Assembly (NCBI GenBank): GCA_963695545.1
Contig: OY968796.1
Location: 1,824,001 to 1,888,000, forward strand
From: Terriglobia bacterium
Lineage (GTDB): Bacteria > Acidobacteriota > Terriglobia > Acidiferrales > UBA7541
Direction: 5' to 3'
DNA: 64,000 bases
Under the pieces are notes generated by a model. The model was not told where the DNA came from. It did not search any database and worked only from the letters and a program-made list of their open reading frames with translations. Of the stretch, positions 1 through 9,600 are shown piece by piece (positions within the stretch are counted from its first letter, which is position 1; every line of letters begins with the position of its first letter). The translations under genes and the position numbers were made by a program.

Positions 1-73
1 GCTTCGTCACCAGTGGCCGACTCTCAGGCCGTGGTGCATCGAGTTCCCGGTGCATCGAATCAACGGCCGCGGC

Positions 74-1510
74 TCAGGCCGATTTCTTGGAGTGTGTCGG
101 TTCTGCTGAAGCGTCTTGCGCGCGTGACTCCGATTCCTTCTGCCGGATATCGAGCTGATTGATCAGGCGATGCAAATAGCCGCGCGCGATGCCCAGCGCG
201 CGCGCAGTTTCGGCTTTTTGCCAGCGGCATTCGCGGAGAGTGCGAAGGATCAATCGCCGCTTGAAGTGGCGGACCTCTTCTTCGTAGGAGCGCGCAAGCG
301 CGGGACCCTCGCTCGCGGGCAAAATCGTGGCGGGCAGGTGCCAAAGCTCAACGGTCTGGCCATCGACCAGGACGACGGCGCGCTTCACGGCGTTCTCGAG
401 TTCGCGCACATTGCCTGGCCAGCCGTACTCCTCGAGGCTGCGCAGAGCGGGCGGCGAAAAAGCGGTCGCTGTCCTGTTGAATTGGCGCGCCGCAACCTGA
501 AGGAAATGATTTGCGAGAAGCGGAATATCTTCGTGGCGTTCCCGCAGCGGGGGGATATGCATCTGAGCGACGTTGATGCGGTAATACAAGTCCTCGCGGA
601 ATCTGCCCTGTTGAACGAGTTCGGTGAGATTCCGGTTTGACGCACTGATCACGCGTATATTCACGGTTGTGGTGGCGCTGCTGCCGAGGCGCTCGAAGCT
701 GCGCTCCTGCAGAACGCGCAACAGCTTCGGCTGCAGAGACAAATTCAGGTCGCCAATTTCGTCGAGGAAAAGCGTTCCACGTTCGGCCATTTCCAGGCGG
801 CCACGGCGGCTCGTCAACGCGCCGGTGAACGCGCCTTTTTCATGGCCGAAGAGCTCGTCTTCGATGAGGGTTTCGGGAAGATTGGCGCAGGAGAACGCCA
901 CGAGCGGTTTTGCCGCTCTCGAGCTGGTTCGATGGATCGCCCGGGCCAGCAGCTCTTTGCCTGTGCCGGTTTCGCCGGTGATCAGAACGCTCACGTCGCA
1001 GCTGGCAATTTTCTGCGACAGCGCAAATAGCTCCTGCATGGGAGCGGAAGTCCCAAGGAGGTCGTCCATCCGCGCGCCGTCCTGGGCGCGCACACGAAGG
1101 CTTTCGAGCTCTTCTTCGGCGCGGTGCATCTTGGCGGCCCGCTGGAGAATCAAGCGGAGCTCGACCATGTTGGGGGGATTGGCCACGGTATCGTACGCGC
1201 CGCGTTCCATGGCCCGAACCATCAGGGAGCGATCTTCTTCGTCGCAGAAGACGATCATCGGGGGCTTGGAAACGGACTCCCGAATTTGGTCCATGAAGCG
1301 GATGCCGAGCGCTTGGTCTCCGCCGGTGCCGGAGGCGCGCAAGTCGAGAAGCGCCACTTCGCACCACTTGCGCCAATCGTCCGGCTTGGCGATGCCCATG
1401 TCGTTGCTGTTGCGCGACTCGAATTCACTTCCGAGCGCGCGCGCGATGGCCTCCATAAGCCCTACGTCCTTGCTGAGGAGGAGAAGACGGACGGACGGGT
1501 GAGTTGCCAT
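74..1510 (-). CDS. Sigma54-dependent transcriptional activator (NtrC-like; atypical receiver + AAA+ + Fis-type HTH)
   Basis: Walker A GETGTGKE, ELFGHEKGAFTGA, LFLDEIG, WPGNVRELEN and a C-terminal HTH (KAETARALGIAR). Start set at MATHPSVR (ATG 1510); the longer ORF extension overlaps the promoter. Confidence 0.93.
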   Translation of the reverse strand: MATHPSVRLLLLSKDVGLMEAIARALGSEFESRNSNDMGIAKPDDWRKWCEVALLDLRASGTGGDQALGIRFMDQIRESVSKPPMIVFCDEEDRSLMVRAMERGAYDTVANPPNMVELRLILQRAAKMHRAEEELESLRVRAQDGARMDDLLGTSAPMQELFALSQKIASCDVSVLITGETGTGKELLARAIHRTSSRAAKPLVAFSCANLPETLIEDELFGHEKGAFTGALTSRRGRLEMAERGTLFLDEIGDLNLSLQPKLLRVLQERSFERLGSSATTTVNIRVISASNRNLTELVQQGRFREDLYYRINVAQMHIPPLRERHEDIPLLANHFLQVAARQFNRTATAFSPPALRSLEEYGWPGNVRELENAVKRAVVLVDGQTVELWHLPATILPASEGPALARSYEEEVRHFKRRLILRTLRECRWQKAETARALGIARGYLHRLINQLDIRQKESESRAQDASAEPTHSKKSA

Positions 1511-1699
1511 AGTAGGTTCCCCGATGCCTACACTAGGTACTCGGAAGGCGCCGGACTTCACTACAACGATCGAACTGGCGCGTGGTGGCGGTGCTGCGGC
1601 GTGACCGCGGATCGGCCCTTGTTTTGCCCGACAGACGCGCAGTGCCCAAGAACGCCGGTCGTAGAAATATGAGACCCGATGAGTTACCTGAACGCATAG

Positions 1700-1715
1700 T
1701 GCAATTCGGATTCCA
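1700..1715 (-). promoter_or_regulatory. Sigma54 (-24/-12) promoter
   Basis: Minus strand TGGAATCCGAATTGCA has GG-N10-GC spacing and a TTGCA -12 element, ~190 bp upstream of the bEBP start. Confidence 0.6.
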
Positions 1716-1762
1716 CAAGTGAACGGAAATGACACCTATATACTATAGCAGAATTATTTGTT

Positions 1763-1775
1763 TATCAAGTCGTTA
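1763..1775 (+). promoter_or_regulatory. IHF binding site
   Basis: TATCAAGTCGTTA matches WATCAANNNNTTR, has an AT-rich flank, and lies between the -24 box and the putative UAS. Confidence 0.55.
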
Positions 1776-1905
1776 GAACGCTAATGTAGAAGATTCAGGG
1801 GGCCGGCCCACTGGGCAAATCATTTTATGTACAGTGTTTTGTCGATAAATGGACGAGAGGTTCCTCGTCAACCCGGTTCCCCCCGGCTCCTCCGGTGTCA
1901 CCATT

Positions 1906-1957
1906 TGTTTACACATTGTGTAAAAACTTCCTTGGGGAGTTGTTTGTCGTGTAAACA
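1906..1957. promoter_or_regulatory. Palindromic operator / candidate upstream activator sequence
   Basis: TTTACACA-T-TGTGTAAA (1908-1924) is a perfect inverted repeat; an extra half-site GTGTAAACA lies at 1949-1957. Confidence 0.45.
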
Positions 1958-2104
1958 CGAGCGTTTTCCGATTCAGGGAGATGCGGTCTGACAGCTAGCG
2001 CCGGACCAAGTCTGACCACCTCGTGGGTCCAGAATCTGCACCCGACAGGCGTCGCCAGCGGTTCTTATGCCCATGCCATCAGAGTGTTGCGGCGGTTCTG
2101 GCGG

Positions 2105-5100
2105 TTAGAACAGGAATTTCGCGGCCACCTGGAGAAGGCGCGGCGGGGCCGCGCTGATTACTTGGCCGAACGTTGAGCTTCCGATATTTCCGTCAACGGC
2201 CTGCGGTCCGAAAAACTGAGCATGGTTGAAGACGTTAAAGCCTTCCACGCGAAACTGCAGGGACTTGGATTCGGTCAGACGCAGGTTCTTGAGCAGGGCC
2301 ATGTCGTAGTTGTCCATTCCCGGTCCGTAGAAAAAGCGCCGCGGCGCGTTGCCTGGCGTGCCCAGAGAATTTTCGCTGAATGTAGCGGAGTTGAAGTAGG
2401 ACTGTCCGTTGCGAGGGTTGTCATTGAGGTCGAGGGGCGCGCCCGAGTAGTTCGGCTCGTCTACACCGTAGTTATTGATGCCATTCGGTTCGGCTCCCAG
2501 CACGGAATTGTCGCCATAGTTGACGAGCGTCACGGGGAGGCCGCTGCTGAAGTGGGTGATGCCGGAGAGTTCCCAGCCCTGCGTCCAGCGATTCGTGGCG
2601 CGAAACAGGCGCTCGAACGGGATCTGATAACTGTAACTCACGACAAAATTGTGTTTCACATCGAAGGCGGACAGACCTCTGCTGAGTCCAGGATCGAGCG
2701 GATTCACTTCTTCGCCGACGTTTGAAGCGTCGTCCTGGGATTTGCTGAAGGTGTATCCGGCCAGCACATTCAGGCGTCTGCCGCTGTGGCGCAGCGTGAC
2801 TTGCAACGCGTTGTAGTCTGAATTGCCGATGGTGGCCTGATTGGCATCGCTGCCAAAGTTCGATCCGAGTGGTCCGCGCGTGCCGTTATAGACCTGGCCG
2901 GTATTCGTGACGTAAGTGCTGTCTTCGCCGAACGGGCCGCATGGGGTTTGTCCCGACGCGAGGTTCGCGGGATTGCTCAGGTAGACGCAAAGCGCGGGGT
3001 CGCCCGGATTCGCTTCCTCGAGGACAAGGAGTCGATGGCCTTCGGTGCCGACGTAATTCACGCTGAGTACGGTGTTTTCTCCGAATCCGCGTTCGAGTGA
3101 GAGCATGTATTCCTCGGTGTACGGAATTCGATTGGTGGTGGGATAGTTCGGAAGCCCGGTGACGGGCTCGAACTGCGCCCAATTCACGTCGGCGTCAGGG
3201 AGACTCGCGGATGTGTCGAGCGGCGCGAGCGTAACCGGGAAATATTGACCGAGATTCTGGCCGGTTGCCGCGGTGACGAACGGCGTGGCAAACAGCGGCG
3301 GGGCCGGACTCGTGTAGGTGGTTCCGTAGGGCGCATTGGCGCTCATCACGCCGATCGTGAGCGCCTCGATGGCGCTGTAAAACATTCCGTAACTGGCGCG
3401 GATGCTGGTCTTTCCGGGTCCGCCAAGAAGTTTGGCGAGCACGCCTCCGTCTCCGGAAGCGCGCGGCGAGTACGCCAGGCCGACGCGCGGAGCAAAATCG
3501 AGATTGCCGGGCGGCGCCAAAGTCCGGGACACTCCCGGATCGCCTGGATAAAGGATGCCGGCCGGGGCGCCGGGGAAAACCACGGATTGCTCGCCCGGCA
3601 CGAACGTCGCGATCTGGTTGTACTTCTCATACCAGGGCTCGATGCGATCCCATCGCAGCCCGTAATTCAGCGTCAGGCTGCGCTTGACGCGCCAGCTATC
3701 TTGAGCGTAAAGGCCGACATATTTATTGCGCCCGTAAAAAGGCTGCAACTGGCTCTGATTGTATTGGCTCGGAATTCCAAGCAGAAAATCCACGAAGTCG
3801 GAGCCGGTTTCGGTGCCAAAGAACAAAAAGCTGCCGTTGAACTGAGCGATGGGGTTGACGTTGACTTGATCGTAGTGAAAATCGGCGCCGAATTTGAGCG
3901 TGTGGGTTCCCAGCACCTTGGAAAAATTGTCGAGCCATTGAAACGTGTTGTTGACCTGCTTCAGCTCGTTGGTGTTCGTTCCGATCGTGAAGCTGTTGAA
4001 GCCAACGCTTTCGACGCCTTCGGTTGCCGGCGATAGCGGCACGATTCCCGAAGTACCCTGGCCCACCACGAATCCTTGCGATGCCAGGCTCACGCCGACT
4101 CCGCCGACCGGTTTGCCGAGATCGTTCGCGTCGCGCATAAAGCTGAAGTGAAATTCGTTCACGGACGTCGCGCCGAGCGTCTTGGTGTCGCCCAGATCGA
4201 TCAATTGCGAGCGGCCGGTATAGAGCGCGTTAAAACCCGGGACGTTTGCGCCGCCTTGCGCGACGGGGTACGGATTGTTCTGCGACCAGTCGTCGACGGA
4301 ATAGTATGCGGACATCAAGCCCCAGCGTGTATCGGCGTCCAGGCGATAGGCACCCTTGTCGTCTCTCAAGATTTCGTTGTACGCCGAAGTGGAGAATGTG
4401 CCGTCGGCATTATTCGGCGTGGGAATATATGTCAGAAGGTTGATGGCGGGCGCGGACCACGCGTCCTTGGGAATCACGGCGCCGGGAAAGACGCACGCCG
4501 CGGAACTCGTGCATCCGGGCGTGTAGTAAGGTTCGCCGGCCGCCACGGTGTATCCCAGCTTGCCGGAAAGCAGGCTGGCCCAGTATGTTCCGCTCACCGT
4601 GGTGGGGACGGTGTTTCCGTTCGCATCCGCGGTCACGAGTTCGCTTGCCAGATCGGAGAGGTTGCCCGTCTGGTCCTGCACGGAAGGCACGGGAATCTGG
4701 CCCGTGTCTATTCCCTGCGTCGATCGAGTGCCTTGGTAATCCGCGAAGAAGAAAATCTTATTCTTGCGGATCGGCCCGCCCAGGGTGCCACCGAATTGAT
4801 TTTGGTCGAACGCGCCGCGCGAGGGGGAAAAGAAGTTGCGCGCGTCGAGATCGGTATTTCGCAAAAACTCGAATGCGTCTCCGTGGAGCTGGTTCGTGCC
4901 GGACTTTGTGACCACGTTGATCTGGCCGCCGGTGAATTCTCCGTACTCGGCGTCGAAATTGCTGGTGAGAATCCTAAACTCGGCAATGGAGTCGAGAGTG
5001 GGAACGATGGCGGTGCCCATGTTCACGTCTTCTTCCACGTCGCTTCCGTTCACGATGAAGGCGTTGGCAAATTCACGCTGCCCATTGATCGAAATCGTGC

Positions 5101-5749
5101 CCGGGTTCAAATCACCGGATGGAGAAAGCGCACTCGCGCCGACGTCTTGAACCGTGTCGGAAGTGATGGACGTGGACGGGGCCACGCCGGGTTGAAGGGC
5201 GAGCAGATCGGTGAAGCTGCGGCCATTGAGCGGCACGCCGGTCATTTGGGCGCCGGTGATCACCTCGCCCATCTGCGTGCTGGAAGTTTCGACGTGGACC
5301 TGGCTATCGGTGACGGTGACCGCTTCGCTCCTCGCGCCGACGCTGAGAACCGCATCGACGACGAGCGCAGTGTTCGCGTCGATCGCCACTCCCGTGCGGC
5401 GGTACGGGCCAAACCCAGTGGCTTTGAACTCGAGGTCGTAGCGGCCGATGGGGAGACTCGGGAATGAATAGAAACCTTTGTCGTCGGTCGCGGCGCTTTG
5501 CGCAAATCCAGTACCGGTGTTCGTCGCGGTGATCGTCACTTTCGGGATCACCGCGCCGCTGGAATCCCTCACGGTGCCGGAGATTTCACCTCCGACGCCG
5601 GCCCACGCGGCGATCGAGAGGCACGAAATCAGCGCCGAGATAAGAAGCAGAAGGCGCAGCCCCGCCCGGATCGTTGCGTACCCTGATCGAAGCGCGTTCG
5701 GAGACGAATGGAATAGTCTAGGACCAGTCACGTTCTCGTTTTCCCCCAA
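2105..5749 (-). CDS. TonB-dependent receptor-like outer membrane protein (Oar type, N-terminal carboxypeptidase-regulatory-like domain)
   Basis: Signal peptide, ISGTVRDSSGAVIP N-domain, PLNGRSFTDLLALQPGV, TKSGTNQLHG, YAQDSWR, GLRWD, FNVFNH and a C-terminal Phe. Exact start uncertain. Confidence 0.92.
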   Translation of the reverse strand: MGENENVTGPRLFHSSPNALRSGYATIRAGLRLLLLISALISCLSIAAWAGVGGEISGTVRDSSGAVIPKVTITATNTGTGFAQSAATDDKGFYSFPSLPIGRYDLEFKATGFGPYRRTGVAIDANTALVVDAVLSVGARSEAVTVTDSQVHVETSSTQMGEVITGAQMTGVPLNGRSFTDLLALQPGVAPSTSITSDTVQDVGASALSPSGDLNPGTISINGQREFANAFIVNGSDVEEDVNMGTAIVPTLDSIAEFRILTSNFDAEYGEFTGGQINVVTKSGTNQLHGDAFEFLRNTDLDARNFFSPSRGAFDQNQFGGTLGGPIRKNKIFFFADYQGTRSTQGIDTGQIPVPSVQDQTGNLSDLASELVTADANGNTVPTTVSGTYWASLLSGKLGYTVAAGEPYYTPGCTSSAACVFPGAVIPKDAWSAPAINLLTYIPTPNNADGTFSTSAYNEILRDDKGAYRLDADTRWGLMSAYYSVDDWSQNNPYPVAQGGANVPGFNALYTGRSQLIDLGDTKTLGATSVNEFHFSFMRDANDLGKPVGGVGVSLASQGFVVGQGTSGIVPLSPATEGVESVGFNSFTIGTNTNELKQVNNTFQWLDNFSKVLGTHTLKFGADFHYDQVNVNPIAQFNGSFLFFGTETGSDFVDFLLGIPSQYNQSQLQPFYGRNKYVGLYAQDSWRVKRSLTLNYGLRWDRIEPWYEKYNQIATFVPGEQSVVFPGAPAGILYPGDPGVSRTLAPPGNLDFAPRVGLAYSPRASGDGGVLAKLLGGPGKTSIRASYGMFYSAIEALTIGVMSANAPYGTTYTSPAPPLFATPFVTAATGQNLGQYFPVTLAPLDTSASLPDADVNWAQFEPVTGLPNYPTTNRIPYTEEYMLSLERGFGENTVLSVNYVGTEGHRLLVLEEANPGDPALCVYLSNPANLASGQTPCGPFGEDSTYVTNTGQVYNGTRGPLGSNFGSDANQATIGNSDYNALQVTLRHSGRRLNVLAGYTFSKSQDDASNVGEEVNPLDPGLSRGLSAFDVKHNFVVSYSYQIPFERLFRATNRWTQGWELSGITHFSSGLPVTLVNYGDNSVLGAEPNGINNYGVDEPNYSGAPLDLNDNPRNGQSYFNSATFSENSLGTPGNAPRRFFYGPGMDNYDMALLKNLRLTESKSLQFRVEGFNVFNHAQFFGPQAVDGNIGSSTFGQVISAAPPRLLQVAAKFLF

Positions 5750-5778
5750 TGCTCTAGTTTGCTAGTGCGCGCAGCTAG

Positions 5779-5795
5779 TTGCGACGTCGTCGCAT
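5779..5795. promoter_or_regulatory. Fur-family operator candidate (7-3-7)
   Basis: TTGCGAC-GTC-GTCGCAT in the fur-TBDR intergenic gap. Confidence 0.6.
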
Positions 5796-5884
5796 AAGCC
5801 GGTAAGTAAACCCCGCTGAACTTGTTCATCGCCCTGGGTAACTGGACCGACGACCGCTTCGCCGGGCTTACTTGGCGCGAAGCG

Positions 5885-6403
5885 TCATCCGGCGCTTTTC
5901 GCTGACGCCGCTGCCTTGCGGCACTTCTTGCACAAGCCGCCCACTTCCAGGCGCACCACGCGGATCGTGAAACCGCTTTGTTTGGCCATCTCTTGCTTCA
6001 GGCCCTCGAACGCCGAGCTCGCGTACTCGACGATCGTGCCGCAGCGGAAGCAAGCCATGTGGCAGTGATCACGGCTGGTCTTCGCCTCGTAATAATGTTT
6101 TTCGCCTTCGATGTGCATCAAATCGAGCTCATCGATCAAGCCGCGAGACTTCAAAAGCGCAATGGTTCGATATATCGTGGCGCGGTCGATGCCCGGATCG
6201 CGCTCCTTCGCGGCGCGCAGCAGCGCGGCTGCGTCCAGATGGCGCGACGCATCTTGAATAATTCCGACGAGCAAGCGCCGCTGTGTGGTGATGCGCACGC
6301 CGCGCGCCATGAGCTCTTTCATCAGGGAAGGCCTGGTGATGGCCGTATCGCTTTTCGACCTACCTAGTTGCGACTCGTTCGCAATTAATGCGCCGGCTGT
6401 CAT
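5885..6403 (-). CDS. fur: Fur-family metalloregulator
   Basis: ITTQRR, HLDA, DRATIYRTI, HCHMACFRCG and GLCKKC motifs; strong RBS AGGAGG before the ATG. Subfamily (Fur/Zur/Mur/PerR) not resolved. Confidence 0.9.
   Translation of the reverse strand: MTAGALIANESQLGRSKSDTAITRPSLMKELMARGVRITTQRRLLVGIIQDASRHLDAAALLRAAKERDPGIDRATIYRTIALLKSRGLIDELDLMHIEGEKHYYEAKTSRDHCHMACFRCGTIVEYASSAFEGLKQEMAKQSGFTIRVVRLEVGGLCKKCRKAAASAKSAG
6368..6384. promoter_or_regulatory. Fur-family operator candidate within the 5' coding region
   Basis: TTGCGAC-TCG-TTCGCAA; shares the CTAGTTGCGAC flank with the 5779 box. Confidence 0.55.
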
Positions 6404-6431
6404 CCAACCTCCTCCCTCGTTGCGACTCCAG

Positions 6432-6448
6432 TTGCAACTGAGTTACAA
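6432..6448. promoter_or_regulatory. Fur-family operator candidate upstream of fur
   Basis: TTGCAAC-TGA-GTTACAA, with an adjacent TTGCGAC half-site at 6420-6426. Confidence 0.55.
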
Positions 6449-6612
6449 GTGAAGGACCATTGAACTGGATTTGCGATGCGCTGTCAAGCGAAACGTGGAA
6501 CCTGCCTGTGAAAACCGCCGACCCGTTCGGAGTCAACGCCAGCTACCGGCTCCCAGCAGGCATGCAGGCCGCCACCGGCGAGCGGGGCGAACGGCCGAAC
6601 GCGTGCCTGAAG

Positions 6613-6647
6613 AAAAAGGCCGCCCGACGTCGAAACGCCGGGCGGCC
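6613..6647 (-). terminator. Intrinsic terminator of the TBDR gene
   Basis: GC hairpin GGCCGCCCG...CGGGCGGCC followed by TTTTT on the minus strand, just after the stop at 6692. Confidence 0.7.
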
Positions 6648-6691
6648 GTGGTAACTAATCGGCGGAGGCCGATTGGTTTTTTCTGTGCCGG

Positions 6692-9600
6692 CTAGAACGC
6701 GATTCGCCCGCCAATCTGGATGACCCTGGGCGTATTGGCCTGGCTGGTGATGGTGCCGAATGCCGATGAAGTTGGGGTGACATTCGGGCTGCCGAATTGC
6801 ACGCGGTTGAGCGCGTTGAAGGCATCCAGGCGCAGCTGGAGGTTTACGCGCTCGCCAAAAGTGAAGCTCTTGAATGCGGACAAATCGGCGTTGTTGGTAT
6901 TTTGCTCGCGCAAGAACAACGACGGGAACGTGCGGTAGTCGCTGCCGTTGGGTTGGTCTGCCGTCACTTTGTCGAAGGCCGCAGTATTGAATGCGGCCGC
7001 GGGGTTCCCAGGATCCTGCTCGAGCGGCTGGCCCGCGATCTGGATCACGTTGCCCCAACTGTCCATCGCGCCGGATTCCCAGGTATAGATGCAACTGATC
7101 GACCAGCCGCCAACGAGAGCATCCAGACCTTTGTTGATGCCGCCACCGAACCTGCGCCCTCGACCGAACGGGAAAGCGTAAGCTCCGGTAATATCGAAAT
7201 GGATCGGAAAGTCGGAACTCGTCTCTCCGTACCACAGCGGTCCGCCGGCATTTAATTGTGTACTGGCCTCGAGTTGGCGTGACCATTCAAAGTTTGCGTT
7301 GAATTGCAGACCATCCGAGAGGCGCTGGGTTATGCGAGCCGCGAGCATGTCGTAGTTCGCATAGCCGATCGGGTCCAATTGCTCGCTGACGCTGGAAAAC
7401 TCCGAGTACGCGCCGAGCAACGCTCCAACAGTGGTCGAGTTGGTATACGGCGTTCCGTTGTTAGCGATCCCTTTGTAGGGGCTCAGCGCAATGGTCCTGG
7501 TCAGCGCGGAGGTAAGACAAGCGTTTACGGTCTCGACCGCTCCACACGCGGTCGTCGTCGCCCCGGGAACGTTGGTGCCACTGGGGTACTGGATCAAATC
7601 CTGATATGGCAGCGCGCTGAGGCTGTTGTTGATCGAAAGATTGATTTGGCGTGCGCCAACATACCCGAGGTCGAACATCGTGTTCTTGCCCAGTTGCTCT
7701 TCGATGTCCAAGCTCCAGCGGTCGCTGTGTGCCGCTTTGACATTCGGATCGTAAAACTGGATGGCCGAGTTCAAGGCAGTATTGATTCCCAATCCGTTTC
7801 CGGTGGGCTCTAAAAGCGGGTTGGTCGAGGGGAACGGGTTGTCTATCGTGGCGGCCGGAGTCAGATAGCCATTGGTCGTCGGCACCACGGCATTGGCTTC
7901 CTGGTAGCCAAAGCCCATGTTGATGTCCGTGTTTGAGTAATAGGCGTTGAACGGATTGTAGAAGATGCCGAAGCCGGCACGGACGACGGTTTTGCCGTGG
8001 AACATGCCCGGCGACCATGCCACACCGATACGCGGACTCCAGTAAGCCGTCTGTGTTTGATATCCGTTCCTGGCCGACGGGCTAGCGAAGATCACTCCCC
8101 CGGTCGGCAGAAAGCTCGATGGCGCAGGGAGCAGCGGATTCACCTGTATCGTCCCGGTCGGGCCGTACTCCGCGTAAACGGTCGCGTAGGCCGCCTCTGC
8201 CGGATTGGTCACCTCATTCGTCGCGGTGGAATTAAACCCGATAATCTGGCGATTGCGGGCCTCGGCGGGCGGCGTTTCATGTTCGGCGCGCAGTCCCAGC
8301 GTTAGCGTCAAGTTCTGTTTGATGTGCCAATTGTCCTGCGCGTAGCCGCCGAAATACCAATTCTGGTTCACTGTCGGCGCGTTGATGTCGTACTCGTTGG
8401 TGGCCGCGCCGTCAGGAAGCCCCAGAAGAAGTTCGGCGAGTCCCGATCCGAATGTCGGACCATTCCCGCTGGAGGTTGCGCTCACCCAGGAATTGGCGCC
8501 GGAAGTTCCATTGAAACTGTAGCTTCCTGTGGCGTCACCCGGACTGATGCCGGCATATTTGTTCACGCGAATATCTGGGCCGATCTCGATCGTGTGCCGG
8601 CCCCAGACCTTGGTCAGCTCGGAAAAAAACTGGAGGTTAGTGAATCCGGTGATCGTGCCGCCCTTGGCGCCGAGGGTCTGGAATCCATTCACGTTGAATA
8701 TAGGCAGGTCCAAGTAATTCGCGCTGCCGGCGACGTTCGCGGCCATGCCCAATTCGGTGCTGGGATTGAATCCGGTGCTTGGCAGAGCGCTGCTCAGAAG
8801 GCTGCGGTCGACGCCGAAGCGCACATCAAGAGAAAGCGTGGGCGAAAACGTCTGCACATCGTCGAACGTTCCGCCCCAGTATCCCGTAAGGCTTGACGAT
8901 CCTGTGGCAATGTTGTTGAACAGGTTGCCGCTCGCGCTCACCACGTGGCTCTGATGTATCTCGAAGAACGCCAGATTGTTCTGGCTGATGTTGATGTCCA
9001 GACGCCCCTCGTTCGAGTAATAGTCGTCCGTGCTGGGATCGTTCGAGAAATAATTGTTCGCTCCGTCCGCCGCGGTAGTCGCTGAGTAGTTTGGCAGGGG
9101 ATACAATTGCAGCACCTTCAAAGCGACCGCATCGAGGGGCAATCCGGCGCCTGTCACCGAGCCCGCCGGTCCGTAGGTGTCGGCATCGGCGTTCGTAGCG
9201 GTCAGAATGTTATGAGGAATCGCCGTTCGCGTCACCACCCCGCCGCTCGTTGTGGCCAAATAAGGGTTGTACAGTTGATAGGAAGACCCCAAAGCCAGCA
9301 GCGCGGAAAAATCTCCGGTCCTCTCGAGCGCCGTCGGCACGGTCGTAATCTTTGAAGTGGGCAGGGAATCCTTGAAGCCTTCGTAGGCGTAGAAGAAGAA
9401 TATTTTATTCCTTCCATTGAATAACTTGGGAATCAGCACCGGGCCGCCAATGGTTCCCCCATATTGGTTCCAATGCGTGGCCGGCGCGTGCGTGGTGACG
9501 GGGTTGAAAAACAGACGCGCGGAAGGAACCGGGCTCTCGTTGAATTCCGAAAGAGTCCCGTGGAAATCGTTGGTTCCGCTCTTGGTGGTGATGTTCACGG

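Noticed and set aside
33..58. Direct repeat GGTGCATCGA x2
   Set aside because: At the window edge without downstream context, and too short to interpret.
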